Assembly: GCA_963675745.2 (NCBI GenBank)
Contig: CAXXWX010000023.1
Span: 197,761-261,760, forward strand
DNA from: Phycisphaerae bacterium
GTDB taxonomy: Bacteria; Planctomycetota; Phycisphaerae; UBA1845; Fen-1342
DNA: 64,000 bases
Direction: 5' to 3'
Below are positions 30,982-43,956 of the stretch, one piece after another. The position numbers were made by a program, and so were the translations under genes. The notes beneath the pieces were generated by a model, which saw only the letters and a program-made list of their open reading frames with translations, did not search any database and had not been told where the DNA came from. How positions within the stretch are numbered: position 1 is the first letter of the stretch; every line of letters starts with the position of its first letter.

Positions 30982-31123
30982 GCAGAGGCTGGGATCTAGT
31001 CAGCGCGTCGCGGCCATGTCATCCACCCCCGATCGTCCTGTGATTCGCGAACTCGACCATTGCAACTACTCCTGATGCGGGCGCGGCGGGCAACTGCGCG
31101 CCGCGCTGGCGTGTACAAGATGC

Positions 31124-31897
31124 GTGAGGGGTGGTGCTTGCGGGCCGACGAACTCGCAAGTGGACCGACTCTGCCTCGTACGCCGGGACCGGGCCATGGC
31201 CGCGCGATCGAAACGCAAACAGCTAACGCGCGCGTGCGTGGCGCGCTTCATAGCGCTGTCAATCACGGCGGGGCTTGAATTGACGATCGCGTCGTGTCTA
31301 TGGGGAGCCGGGATCGCGGCACGGCCGTACTGGCGAACGCACAACGGGCTTGCGTGTCGGGCAACAGGCCGGGGGATGGTCGTGGCGCGCGCGCGCCTGG
31401 CCGACGGCCACATCCACCAGCGCTGCTGGAGCTTCGAAGACACCGCAGAGGCACGCCGCCTGCTGGACGCCTGCGCCACCGTGTGGGGTAGTCCATGCGC
31501 ATTGCGGCATCACCAATTGGACAGGTTGATCGAGCATCGTCTTGGATATCCGTTTGGCTGTGTCGCGGGCCTGCGCCGCGCCGGGTCTCAGAGGTCTGAC
31601 GACCTCGCCCGCGGAGCCCCGCGTTGGACGTCTGTACGCGTACTGCCGCTGGGTGCAATTGGCGATGTGGTGTTGTGGTCGGCGACGTGTGCCACGCTTG
31701 TTGTCGGCGTGGAGCGCCTCATACGCAAGCTCTGTCGCGTGCGTACACGCACGGGTTACTGTAAGAGATGCGGTTACGACTTGCGCGGGTGCGTGTCAGG
31801 ACGATGCAGTGAGTGCGGCACGCCGTATGAGGAGACGACGCGTTCAACATCGCCCGAAACCGATCAGGCCGGCCGCCGGGACATCACTCGACATTAA
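31124..31897 (+). CDS. Hypothetical membrane protein with C-terminal zinc ribbon (start uncertain)
   Basis: TM segments, then CKRCGYDLRG..CSECG. Confidence 0.55.
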   Translation: MRGGACGPTNSQVDRLCLVRRDRAMAARSKRKQLTRACVARFIALSITAGLELTIASCLWGAGIAARPYWRTHNGLACRATGRGMVVARARLADGHIHQRCWSFEDTAEARRLLDACATVWGSPCALRHHQLDRLIEHRLGYPFGCVAGLRRAGSQRSDDLARGAPRWTSVRVLPLGAIGDVVLWSATCATLVVGVERLIRKLCRVRTRTGYCKRCGYDLRGCVSGRCSECGTPYEETTRSTSPETDQAGRRDITRH

Positions 31898-32806
31898 GTG
31901 TGCCGAACAGCGTGACGGTCTCTTCCAGTTCGGCGGGGTTTTCCGGATCGCAACCGGGTGGGCAGGGCGCTCCTTCGGGACAGGGCGGGCAACCGGATTG
32001 CAAGGCGAGGACCAGCTCGGACGTACACGCCAGACCGTCATCCGTGATTTCCACATTTACACTCTGCCGGCCGTTGCCGACTGTCCAGCCGCCGGGATAG
32101 TTGGCGCGATAGTCGATCGTGAGCGTAATCTGCACGGTATTCTCGGTGATTTCAGCCGGCTGAGACGCGCGCTCTGCCGCTCGGTGATGCCGTGGGCCGA
32201 CGCTTGCACAACGTCTTCATCACCCACCGCGCTGACATGAACGGTTGCGGGCGACCACAAGCCGTTGACCCGTTGGACGAGGCTTACAGCACGAAGCGAA
32301 CCATCATAGTCAAACGTCAGCGCGAAGTGCTGCGCGCGTGTTTCGCTCGTCTCGGCGCCGGAATCAACGCTGCGCAGAAGGTGTCCGGTCGCCTGTCCGC
32401 GCCAGGTTCCGGCGAGCGGGTCGGCGGGCGCGGGGCCGGGATCGACATCCGGCGGAATCGCAGGCGGATCGTCAGCCGCGGCCGGCGGGTCTTCCGTCGT
32501 CGGTGGTGGAATCGGATCCAGCGGCGGATCGATGGGCGGGTCTGATGGGTCTCCGCCGGATGGATCATTGGGCTCGGCGGACGCGTCTCCGCCATCTGAC
32601 GGCGGTATCGACGGTGAATTACCGTCCTGTGGTTCGGCCGCGTTTGGTTCGCTCGGCAATGCGTTGTTGGGATCACCCGCAAGATCGCCGGGCGGTGAGT
32701 TTGCGTCCGCGTCACCGCCCGCCGGAGCGCCGGTCTCACCGGGGCAGCCGGACACGCCGATCAACAGCGTAAGCGCCAAAATCGCTATGCCGTACCGCAA
32801 GATCAC
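31884..32806 (-). CDS. Hypothetical lipoprotein with Pro/Asp-rich linker, apparent frameshift ~32150
   Basis: GTG start with GGAG RBS; lipobox VSGC; joins ORFs 32057..32842 and 31884..32135. Confidence 0.55.
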
Positions 32807-32846
32807 TGTGCATCTCCGCGACGGCGTTCGAGAGCCGCCCATACCA

Positions 32847-33446
32847 TCATAACCATCGGATCAAGTGGCGGGTTGTCCACACGCGATCGGGGAACACCGC
32901 CCAAGGCCCCGGCGGGATGCTCAACGCCGCAGAAAGCCACGAGAGAAGCAGCGCCAGGCCGGGTTTCGGGACGCGTATGTTCTTCATCATTTCGGCTTGA
33001 CCCATCACATCCGCGTGGCGTTGCTGGAACTGGGCCTCGAGCAGCGCCTTGCGTTCGATAACTTCCTGACCCTCCCATTGCTCGGGATGGTCCTGTAAGT
33101 ACTCCCAGTAGACCTGGCACTTCTCCAGCTCGCCGCGGTCGAGCCAGATGCCATCACAGCGCGGGCAGTGGTCGATCTGTATATCGTCCCAATACTTGAA
33201 CTGCTCTTTGACCATCTCGCAGCCGCAGGAATGGCACCAGAGCTTCTGCGTGCTGTTGGACTCATCGGCGATGTCCATCATTTTCTGCTTTACCGCCTCG
33301 GGCATCTCGATCTCGCGCAGCTCGCAAATGCGATCGAGCTTGATCTTGGTGACCCAGTAGCCGCCGCAATTGCCGCAGTGATGGACTGGGACATTCTCGT
33401 ACTTGATCGGCGTACACTTGTCTTTGCAGAGTGGGCAGCGGGGCAT
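32847..33446 (-). CDS. Protein with two TFIIB-type zinc ribbons
   Basis: CPLC..CGNCGGYW and CHSC..CPRCDGIWLDRGEL. Confidence 0.8.
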   Translation of the reverse strand: MPRCPLCKDKCTPIKYENVPVHHCGNCGGYWVTKIKLDRICELREIEMPEAVKQKMMDIADESNSTQKLWCHSCGCEMVKEQFKYWDDIQIDHCPRCDGIWLDRGELEKCQVYWEYLQDHPEQWEGQEVIERKALLEAQFQQRHADVMGQAEMMKNIRVPKPGLALLLSWLSAALSIPPGPWAVFPDRVWTTRHLIRWL

Positions 33447-33552
33447 GGCGCGTCTCCAAACGAACACGTTCGGGTTTGCCGACTGCGCTCATGATCGCAG
33501 CGCGTGGCGGCGCGGGCGATTATAATCTCACCGCCGGTTTGTTTAGCGTGCT

Positions 33553-34431
33553 CTAAAGCAACTCGAAGGCCAGGGTTCCGGCGTTAAACGCGGCGTGAAT
33601 GACAATGGCTATTGTGAGCCAGCCCAACGCCAGACCGAGGCGCGGCGGTCGTCGCTCATCGATGGTGCGCCGCCATACGGCGATCAGCCCGCGCGTGGCC
33701 AGCCATGTGCAGCCGACGTGCAGTGCCGTGCAGGCGATCCAACGCCACAGCAAGAGCAATGGGCCGGCGCTGGGGGCATAGATCGTGAGATAGATGACGT
33801 TTTCGATAACGGCAAATGCGAGTGCCGCGCCGACCGTGGCCACTTGGATTTGCAGAGGCTTGCGAAACAAATAGGGTCGGGTCTCGACGATGCACATGGG
33901 CACCAGGAGCTTGGCGACTTCCTCAATGGTTGGAACGAAGACGACCGTCACAATGATCGCACTGTTGGCGGCGGAGCTGCCCGCGTCCAGACCGAGAAAC
34001 GCGGCGAGAACGCCCAGCGGCCCGCCGACAAGGGCCGCCACTATTGCAAGCGACCAGGCCGTCAGGTCTGACGTGCGCGTGATGCGCTCGCTGAGCCAGG
34101 TGTAATAGCCGCCGGCGCCTCCGGGCGGAGGCCGGTACAACTCGCGGTGGCCGCACTCGGGGCACGGGTGCCCGGTAGACAGCCCGCGCAAGTTGTATCC
34201 GCAGTTGCCGCATGACCAATCCTGATCGATTAAATCGGGTGGTCGGCCGGGCAGGATATCAGGTTCGTCAAACACGCTCTGGGCAACGGGCCGTGATGCG
34301 CCCGCGCGATCGGCTTCGCGCTGTAGTGCGCGCGCGGCGCGCCCTTCGCTGGGGTCGGGCCCGGCGGCTTTGCCGCCCATGTGCGGTTCGTTATGGACGG
34401 AGTCATCTGAGTAAGGCATACGGCGATTCAC
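33553..34431 (-). CDS. PrsW family intramembrane protease with N-terminal zinc ribbon
   Basis: EEVAK, FAVIENVIY and two His motifs (ALH, IHAAFN); CGNCGYNLRG..CPECG. Confidence 0.82.
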   Translation of the reverse strand: MNRRMPYSDDSVHNEPHMGGKAAGPDPSEGRAARALQREADRAGASRPVAQSVFDEPDILPGRPPDLIDQDWSCGNCGYNLRGLSTGHPCPECGHRELYRPPPGGAGGYYTWLSERITRTSDLTAWSLAIVAALVGGPLGVLAAFLGLDAGSSAANSAIIVTVVFVPTIEEVAKLLVPMCIVETRPYLFRKPLQIQVATVGAALAFAVIENVIYLTIYAPSAGPLLLLWRWIACTALHVGCTWLATRGLIAVWRRTIDERRPPRLGLALGWLTIAIVIHAAFNAGTLAFELL

Positions 34432-34889
34432 GCGCGGACGATGGCCGTTCCGTACGCCAGTGCCTCAACGCTGACCGCGACGCGGCGACGCCCGGAGCCG
34501 AAGACATTCGAGGTTTCATAACGGATGTTGCACACCTCGGTGGCGCCGAGCCGTTTGGCTTCGGCAAGCATGCGCAGCAAGGCCTCTTGGCGCGCGCGTT
34601 CCATCAGGCGCTGGTAGACCTTTACTTCGCCGCCAACGATGTTACGCAGGCCGGCGACAAAGCCCTTGAAGTAATCCGTCGCGATAACCGCCTCGCCGAT
34701 GACCAGGTGCGTGTCGGTCACCTGATCCGGCAGCGGCGGGCTTTTGAACGTTGTGGCGACGATATCGCCGTGTTCGTGCGCGCGTTGGGAGAGACTCTCG
34801 AAATGCCGCCGCTCGCGCGCCGAGCCGACGACGAACCCCAGCACGAGCAGCGCGACGAACGGAATGACCTGGAGCCAGAGATCCCACAT
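34428..34889 (-). CDS. YbjQ/UPF0145 family protein with N-terminal TM helix
   Basis: RNIVGGEVKVY..RARQEALLRM..A..LGA..NIRY. Confidence 0.85.
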   Translation of the reverse strand: MWDLWLQVIPFVALLVLGFVVGSARERRHFESLSQRAHEHGDIVATTFKSPPLPDQVTDTHLVIGEAVIATDYFKGFVAGLRNIVGGEVKVYQRLMERARQEALLRMLAEAKRLGATEVCNIRYETSNVFGSGRRRVAVSVEALAYGTAIVRA

Positions 34890-34901
34890 GGCCGCGACTC
34901 G

Positions 34902-35216
34902 CTAGTCGATTACGACGGCGGTGCCGTAGGCGTAGAGTTCGGCCGCACCCTGCGTGACGGCACTCGTCGTGAAACGCACGTTAACAACGGCGTTGGCGCC
35001 GAGTTCATCCGCCTGCGCGATCATGCGCTCAATCGACTGTCGCCGCGCTTCTGTCAACAACTCGGTGTATCCGCGCAGCTCACCGCCAACAAGGTTCTTC
35101 AGCCCGGCGGCGATATCGCGACCGACGTGTTTGGCGCGAATCGTGTTGCCCTGCACGAGGCCTTTGACCTCGCGGATCGGATGACCTGCGATGGTCTCGG
35201 TGTTAACGACAATCAT
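34902..35216 (-). CDS. ybjQ: YbjQ/UPF0145 family protein
   Basis: RDIAAGLKNLVGGELRGYT..LGANAVVNVRF..AYGTAV. Confidence 0.9.
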   Translation of the reverse strand: MIVVNTETIAGHPIREVKGLVQGNTIRAKHVGRDIAAGLKNLVGGELRGYTELLTEARRQSIERMIAQADELGANAVVNVRFTTSAVTQGAAELYAYGTAVVID

Positions 35217-35275
35217 GCGTCTGTACCTTCAACTCGAGGAACGTACACCGTTCTTAGCGGCCGACGCTAGCGCTG

Positions 35276-38375
<3,100 letters not shown>

Positions 38376-38737
38376 GTGTATATCGCCTTTCCACTATTGA
38401 CGGTGCGGTGTGAGACGTACCCGTATAGCAAATAACGTTTGTCCGTCGTCCGACCCCCGAGTCGAACGTTATTGCATACCTGCGTTTTCACGGGGTTACG
38501 GCCGACTCGGGGGGCGACCGCCGCGCTCTCTGGTGAAGCGCTCCAGCGACCGTACCGCTACGGGCGGCCGCCGTCCGGGCATGATAGGCCAATTCGCCCC
38601 CGCGAGCACTGGAGAGCGGAAAAAAGGCGATGCGCGGCCACACACTTCCCGCCGCCCCGTCGCGTGCTGCGGCTGGCGGAGCGCGGCTATCAGAGCCATG
38701 ACCGACGGCAGATTTCACGGAACTGAGGGCCGGAATA

Positions 38738-41239
38738 CTAATCTTCGAACGCGAATTCGCCCGACTCGACGCCCCAGTCGTTGCCGAAGTAGCCGGCCGC
38801 TTTCAGGCTTCCCGGGGCCGCAAGAAGCGCGCCCGGCGTGTAGACCAGACAGTCGGGATATCCGACGCCGGAGACGAAGTATGGAGCCCGATCGGTCAGT
38901 CGCATGCCGACCAGCCCGCTGCCGCCCACGACCCCGATGCACGCAGAATCGCTACCGGCGCGGGGATAGACGAACAGGACGGCCTGGTCGTCACCCGCAA
39001 GCGAACGATCGCCAATGGTGACATTGCCGGCACGCACCGACACGGGGCAATCGCCGAGCAACGATTGCCAGGCGCTATTCGTGTCGGCATTGCCGTAGAT
39101 GATCACGCTGCGGTCGGCCTCCGCCACATCCAAATCGTTATCGCGCACGATATCGACTGAGGCGTTTCCGCGGTACCAGAACATCTCGGCGTCGTAACGG
39201 GCCTTGGCCAGCGCCCAGGCGTTCTCGTCCGGTGTGCCGTGCGTTCCCACCACGAACATGACGTGGTGATTAAAGGCGTGCTTGAAGAGACCACTCCGCC
39301 GCGGGCTTTTCTCGTTCGACGGCGGCGCGGCCGTCACCGACCAGCCCCCCTCGTCGTTACGCAGCCACAAGACCGGCTCGTCGGTGGGCCACGCCACGTC
39401 ATCCAGACGCTGGTCATCCAGCCGCATTTTCACGGGCCTGTCGGGCGGCAGATGTCGCAGGCTGACCCTCAGCACGCGAACGTTGTCGGTTGTACCGGTG
39501 AACCGCCGCTGATGCGGGTCACAGAGCACATTCAACGAACTCACCGTCTGCGGCACTTGCTGCTGCCAGATTGTCGCCCAGTGCGATGTGGCCGAGATTT
39601 CGGGGTTAACTGTGGCGAACTCCACGCGGCGAACCTCGTCATCAAACGGCAACCGCCGGCGCGCGAACATGTCGAACATGGGCGGCCAATCGACGCAAGA
39701 GGTTCCGGGTTCGTCCGAGGCGTCCCACCAGTGACCCGCGTCGGGCTGCTCGTGATAGGCGAAATCCGGGTGGAACTCTGCGAGCTTCTCGCGCATTGCG
39801 CGCGCCTCGCTGGGCGGGACATTGTCGTCCTGGTCGCCGTGCAAGACGTAGATCCCGTGATGCAGGTAGTTGCGCAGAAATGTAAGCGTGTCGCTGGCGA
39901 GGGCGGAACGGCGGATGATGTCCACGATCGGTGGCGCACCTTCGATCTTGCTCGCGCCGGTGTAAGACGTGAAGCTGATCCAGCCGGCACTCGGGCCGAT
40001 CGCGGCGAATTTGTCGGGTAATAGCGCGCCAAGCTGCCAGACGCCGTGGCCACCCATCGAGTGTCCGGTGAGGTAAGTGCGTTGCGGATCGGTGGCCAGC
40101 GTCTCCCCGGCATGGGACAGCACTTCGAGCGCGTCGAGCCGACCCCAATCTTCCCAGTCGAATCCGAACGGTCTTCGATTGGTCGCGGCGACGATGTGCG
40201 CCCATGTCTTGCTGGCATACGCCGCGGCCTGGCCGCGGGCCTCGACACCGGCGCCGTGCAGCGAAAGCACCAGCGCCGGCCTGGCCGCCATGCCTCCCAC
40301 CGGCTGAGCCGGGTTCACCGCGTAATACTGCACGCTGCCGTCGATGTGGCTGCGGAAGGTGACGCGATATGGCGCGGCGGCGTCGACTATGGGCACGTCC
40401 AGTTCTGCGGCATCGAGCGGCTCACCCCCCTGCTCGCCAGACCGGAGCGTCAACGTGACGGCGCACTTGCCCGGGCCCGCCGGCGCCGCTCCGCGCAGTT
40501 CGAACGCCACCTTGCGCGTCGCCATGGGCGGGATATCCGGCACGGACACCCGCCGCGCCTCCAGCCCCTCGCCGCTGGATTCCAGCACGAGTCCGTGCTG
40601 CCATTGACCGGTGGCATTGATGACCACAACGGCGCCGGGCGCGGCGATCCTCTCGCCCACACGCGCGTCGGGCAGCGTGGCGTCAGCGGTGTCAAGCGAG
40701 ACCGGTTTTTCGGCGGGTGATAGCTGTACTCGCAATTGCCCGCGCGAACACGCGAACAGGAGGTGGTTCTGCCCGCGTATCAGTGGGATCGGCAGTCGCA
40801 CGAACCCGGTGCGATACGGGTCACCAGCGCGCAGCACGCCGTTGACGTAGACCAAGCTGTGACCGGAGGCTTCGAGCAACACGATGCGTTTGGTGTCACT
40901 GGGCACGGCGAGGCAGGCATAGCCCCCGCGCAAGCGATCGTCCTTGAACCAGCCATCCTCATCAGCCTGCGCCCGGCCCCATGTCTGGGCGTCGCCGACA
41001 GGCGAAATCACCTCGTCACCCTCGGCCGGCGGTTGCCACTGCCCCAGGACTATCTGGGCCTGGATCGGGTCGATGTGGATGGCGACCCGGCCGGTGCGAC
41101 CGACGCGGCCGATCAACAACGCCTCGTCGAGCACGATCGGCCCGTCGGGGCGATGAATGGGCTTGGCCTGCGCCGACAGTGTGATGACCGTGGCGGCGAA
41201 TAGCGTGAGCACGAATGCGAATGAACGTGTTTTGGTCAT
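38738..41239 (-). CDS. Secreted S9/esterase-type alpha/beta hydrolase
   Basis: Signal peptide from ATG 41239; SLHGAG, GHSMGG, HGDQDDNV, GHWW. Confidence 0.82.
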   Translation of the reverse strand: MTKTRSFAFVLTLFAATVITLSAQAKPIHRPDGPIVLDEALLIGRVGRTGRVAIHIDPIQAQIVLGQWQPPAEGDEVISPVGDAQTWGRAQADEDGWFKDDRLRGGYACLAVPSDTKRIVLLEASGHSLVYVNGVLRAGDPYRTGFVRLPIPLIRGQNHLLFACSRGQLRVQLSPAEKPVSLDTADATLPDARVGERIAAPGAVVVINATGQWQHGLVLESSGEGLEARRVSVPDIPPMATRKVAFELRGAAPAGPGKCAVTLTLRSGEQGGEPLDAAELDVPIVDAAAPYRVTFRSHIDGSVQYYAVNPAQPVGGMAARPALVLSLHGAGVEARGQAAAYASKTWAHIVAATNRRPFGFDWEDWGRLDALEVLSHAGETLATDPQRTYLTGHSMGGHGVWQLGALLPDKFAAIGPSAGWISFTSYTGASKIEGAPPIVDIIRRSALASDTLTFLRNYLHHGIYVLHGDQDDNVPPSEARAMREKLAEFHPDFAYHEQPDAGHWWDASDEPGTSCVDWPPMFDMFARRRLPFDDEVRRVEFATVNPEISATSHWATIWQQQVPQTVSSLNVLCDPHQRRFTGTTDNVRVLRVSLRHLPPDRPVKMRLDDQRLDDVAWPTDEPVLWLRNDEGGWSVTAAPPSNEKSPRRSGLFKHAFNHHVMFVVGTHGTPDENAWALAKARYDAEMFWYRGNASVDIVRDNDLDVAEADRSVIIYGNADTNSAWQSLLGDCPVSVRAGNVTIGDRSLAGDDQAVLFVYPRAGSDSACIGVVGGSGLVGMRLTDRAPYFVSGVGYPDCLVYTPGALLAAPGSLKAAGYFGNDWGVESGEFAFED

Positions 41240-41573
41240 GGTCTTCTGGCTCCCTGCTAGCGGACGGTGTGTAGTGTAGCAGGTCACGCTGTGTGCATCT
41301 TCGATTGAGAGCGGCGAAGGCACGTCGCCGATGACCGTCCGGCTCGCCCCCGAAGCCGCGTGCCATGTCGATGGCTGTTCGCATCGACATGCGACTCGCG
41401 GGGGCGGGTTGGCTACGGGGTGTCCCATCCCATGCGCAGCAGTGGTGGCGGACGGAGTGTCGCCACGGCTCTCGGGAACGGATTTCCAGCGGTGTGGGGG
41501 CAAGATCGGATGCTCAGACCAGCGGCCGCGGCGCCAAGCCATTCAGCGTGAAACGCGCCTGGGCACCTGTCCG

Positions 41574-43316
41574 TCAAGGTTCCCGTCCCTCAGGGTCCCC
41601 AGGGTTCTTGTCCGTCATGGTCTGATTGTCCAGGTCCTCCTTGACCACGTTGAGATAGTATCGCACGGCGTACGGCAGGCTCGAATGGTGGTCGCCACGA
41701 ACAAGGATGACCTTGAGCTTCGAGGGGGGGCGGCGCACGGCGCGGACGGCATCATGGAAGGCGTAATCCGTCTGGCCGATATAAGCCCAGTGGGCGTGAC
41801 GCATGTCCTGTGTATTGCCGGGGAGTACGCGTAACAGACTTTCCCGGGGATCTCTCAAGTCGAAAGGCACGATCTCGCGCCAGGCGTCCAAAGTGTGAAC
41901 ATCGTACAGCCCACCGGAACTACCACCGTGTCGGATGGGCACGTCGTCGTGCAGCGAGAGCAGCGCGGAGATTCCCCCACCGACGCTGTGGCCAAAGCAG
42001 TAGATGTGCTGCGGGTCCACGTATGGCCGCTTTGCGAGCCACTGGACTGCGGCCTTGGCATCGTCCACCTCGCCCCAGAAAAGCTCGAAGTTGCCGGGGT
42101 TACCGTTCTCGCCGCGCAGCGTAGGCGTCATCACGACGAAGCCCTCTTGGATAAACGGTCGGCACACTTCCAAAGCCCCACTCCCGAATGCAAACCCGCC
42201 GTGGAAATAAACCAGCGCTGGGTGCGTACCTTCTGATTCCGTTTGCGGGACATAGACCCAGGCCTTGAGCGCCAGGTCCCCGGATTCGTAGGTTATGGAC
42301 TGCACACCCGGCGGCGGTTGCTCGCGCTGCCACCGCTGTGGCGACGGCCCCCGGTAGATCAACCTCGTCTTGAAAGCGGCGCGTCGCTGAAGGTACTTCG
42401 ATTCCGGCTGCCGAGTCTGTGCCTGTCCCGCCGAGGTTAGCCACCGAGACGACGTCCACTCGGCGGGCCACCAGACGAACAGAAGAGCTATCACAAACGG
42501 AGCTGCGATGACCGACATGAACCGTGAGCTCGTCAAGTCGCGTGCGACACCTTCTGTGAAGATGTCAGAGCGGCTCCTGTGGACGTGGCTCAGAGATGCA
42601 GAGCCGGGTTCCTCTGTCTTTGGCGGCCAATGGACCACGCACGTGCCAGTCAGCCAATCATGTAGCGCGCGCCTGTTTACAATGAACGCCCCCAGTGACA
42701 AATAACCCAGCAGGTACGCGACAAACAGTACCGCAAGATACAACGTCACAAGCGCCGGCCGGGCGACCGGCAATTCCAGCGCCGGCGGCGGCGCAGACAT
42801 ACGGATAATAGCGACGGCAAACGAGACCCAAATGAGCATCAAGGAGTATAAGATGCAAATGGAGACGGACTTCAGTGCGTTTCGCACCAGTGCGCGCCAT
42901 ATTGAGAGACTGACCGTCTTGAAGCGCAGAACCTTGATCGAGAAGAGTCTCTTCCCCAGCGTCGCCTGCCAGGTCGAGCTCTCCATCACGGCGAAGTACG
43001 CCAGGCATCCCAACCCAGCCACCACAAGCCAGACCAAGGAGAGGGTTACAGCTGTTGAGGGGGATAGCTGAGTGCATACCCACCTCACCGCGCGTCCGAG
43101 AAGGAAGGCCCCGGCGATGAGGATATACAGGTCGACCAGGAAAGCCCCAAAGCGACGCCCGTACCACGCCAACTCCAAGGAGATAGTCGAAGAGACTGTT
43201 GCCTCGCGCGTGGACGGCTTCGGTGACGCATCTTCGGCGGTGGTCGTCGCGTCGTTCGGGTCGGACGCGTCGTAGCGCTGCACCTGGCGCAGGCGGTTCC
43301 CCTTGACACGCGGCAT
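41574..43316 (-). CDS. RDD-domain membrane protein fused to an S9-like alpha/beta hydrolase
   Basis: RRFGAFLVD, QATLGK and ALHD RDD motifs; HGG, GHSVGG and GDHH hydrolase motifs. Confidence 0.75.
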   Translation of the reverse strand: MPRVKGNRLRQVQRYDASDPNDATTTAEDASPKPSTREATVSSTISLELAWYGRRFGAFLVDLYILIAGAFLLGRAVRWVCTQLSPSTAVTLSLVWLVVAGLGCLAYFAVMESSTWQATLGKRLFSIKVLRFKTVSLSIWRALVRNALKSVSICILYSLMLIWVSFAVAIIRMSAPPPALELPVARPALVTLYLAVLFVAYLLGYLSLGAFIVNRRALHDWLTGTCVVHWPPKTEEPGSASLSHVHRSRSDIFTEGVARDLTSSRFMSVIAAPFVIALLFVWWPAEWTSSRWLTSAGQAQTRQPESKYLQRRAAFKTRLIYRGPSPQRWQREQPPPGVQSITYESGDLALKAWVYVPQTESEGTHPALVYFHGGFAFGSGALEVCRPFIQEGFVVMTPTLRGENGNPGNFELFWGEVDDAKAAVQWLAKRPYVDPQHIYCFGHSVGGGISALLSLHDDVPIRHGGSSGGLYDVHTLDAWREIVPFDLRDPRESLLRVLPGNTQDMRHAHWAYIGQTDYAFHDAVRAVRRPPSKLKVILVRGDHHSSLPYAVRYYLNVVKEDLDNQTMTDKNPGDPEGREP

Positions 43317-43647
43317 TGGTCGGCCCCTCAGTCAAGTCGACATGCCCGGATGTGCATACATTCTAGCTTGCGCCCACACCAACCGCCACCACAGCGTTTT
43401 CCGCTCTTGTGTAGCGGCTAGCTACAGGTCGGCCGTTGTTCCGCGCGGACTTGTCCCCGCGAAACACGTCCGATTCGGGGTGGTGGTCGCCACATTGTGC
43501 TGAAAAGCGATCGGGAGCAGCACGAATGTCGCAGGGTCTGGGACGTGGATGGCAGAATGGGCCGTCTGCAAAAGCCGCCTTCCGCGTGGCGAACGGCAAT
43601 TGCACACACGGCATTGTGGTGCTTGATGCGCCCCGTTTTCCGCCGCA

Positions 43648-43699
43648 CGCCCCCAACGGGATTCGAACCCGTGTCGCCGGCTTGAAAAGCCGGTGTCCG
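43648..43699 (-). tRNA. 3' fragment of tRNA-Glu(TTC), probable att core
   Basis: Minus strand reads GGACA-CCGGC-TTTTCAA-GCCGG-CGAC-ACGGG-TTCGAAT-CCCGT-TGGGGGC-G. Anticodon arm, T arm and 3' acceptor strand are intact; the 5' acceptor strand and D arm are missing. Confidence 0.85.
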
Positions 43700-43956
43700 G
43701 GGTTCGTAGTGCGTGCAATGACAACAACTTAACGGCGGCACAGGGGCCGGTGACAGACAGGAGTACAAACGCGCCGGACGGCGCGCCCTGGATTGTAGTC
43801 GATTCCGGCCACTGTTCAGCGGATATTGTCGTGATATCCTAGACATAACGGGTAGCGGAGTCGCCCTCCGCGAAGGTTGCCCGGTGTCGCGACCGTCTCC
43901 ATCCTTCGGCCGCGGCCCGGGCGACGGCCCGACAACAACATTAGGATGGACTCGCC

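Noticed and set aside
43648..43725. Complete tRNA-Glu gene
   Set aside because: The upstream sequence cannot form the 5' acceptor strand (GCCCCCA expected) or a D arm.
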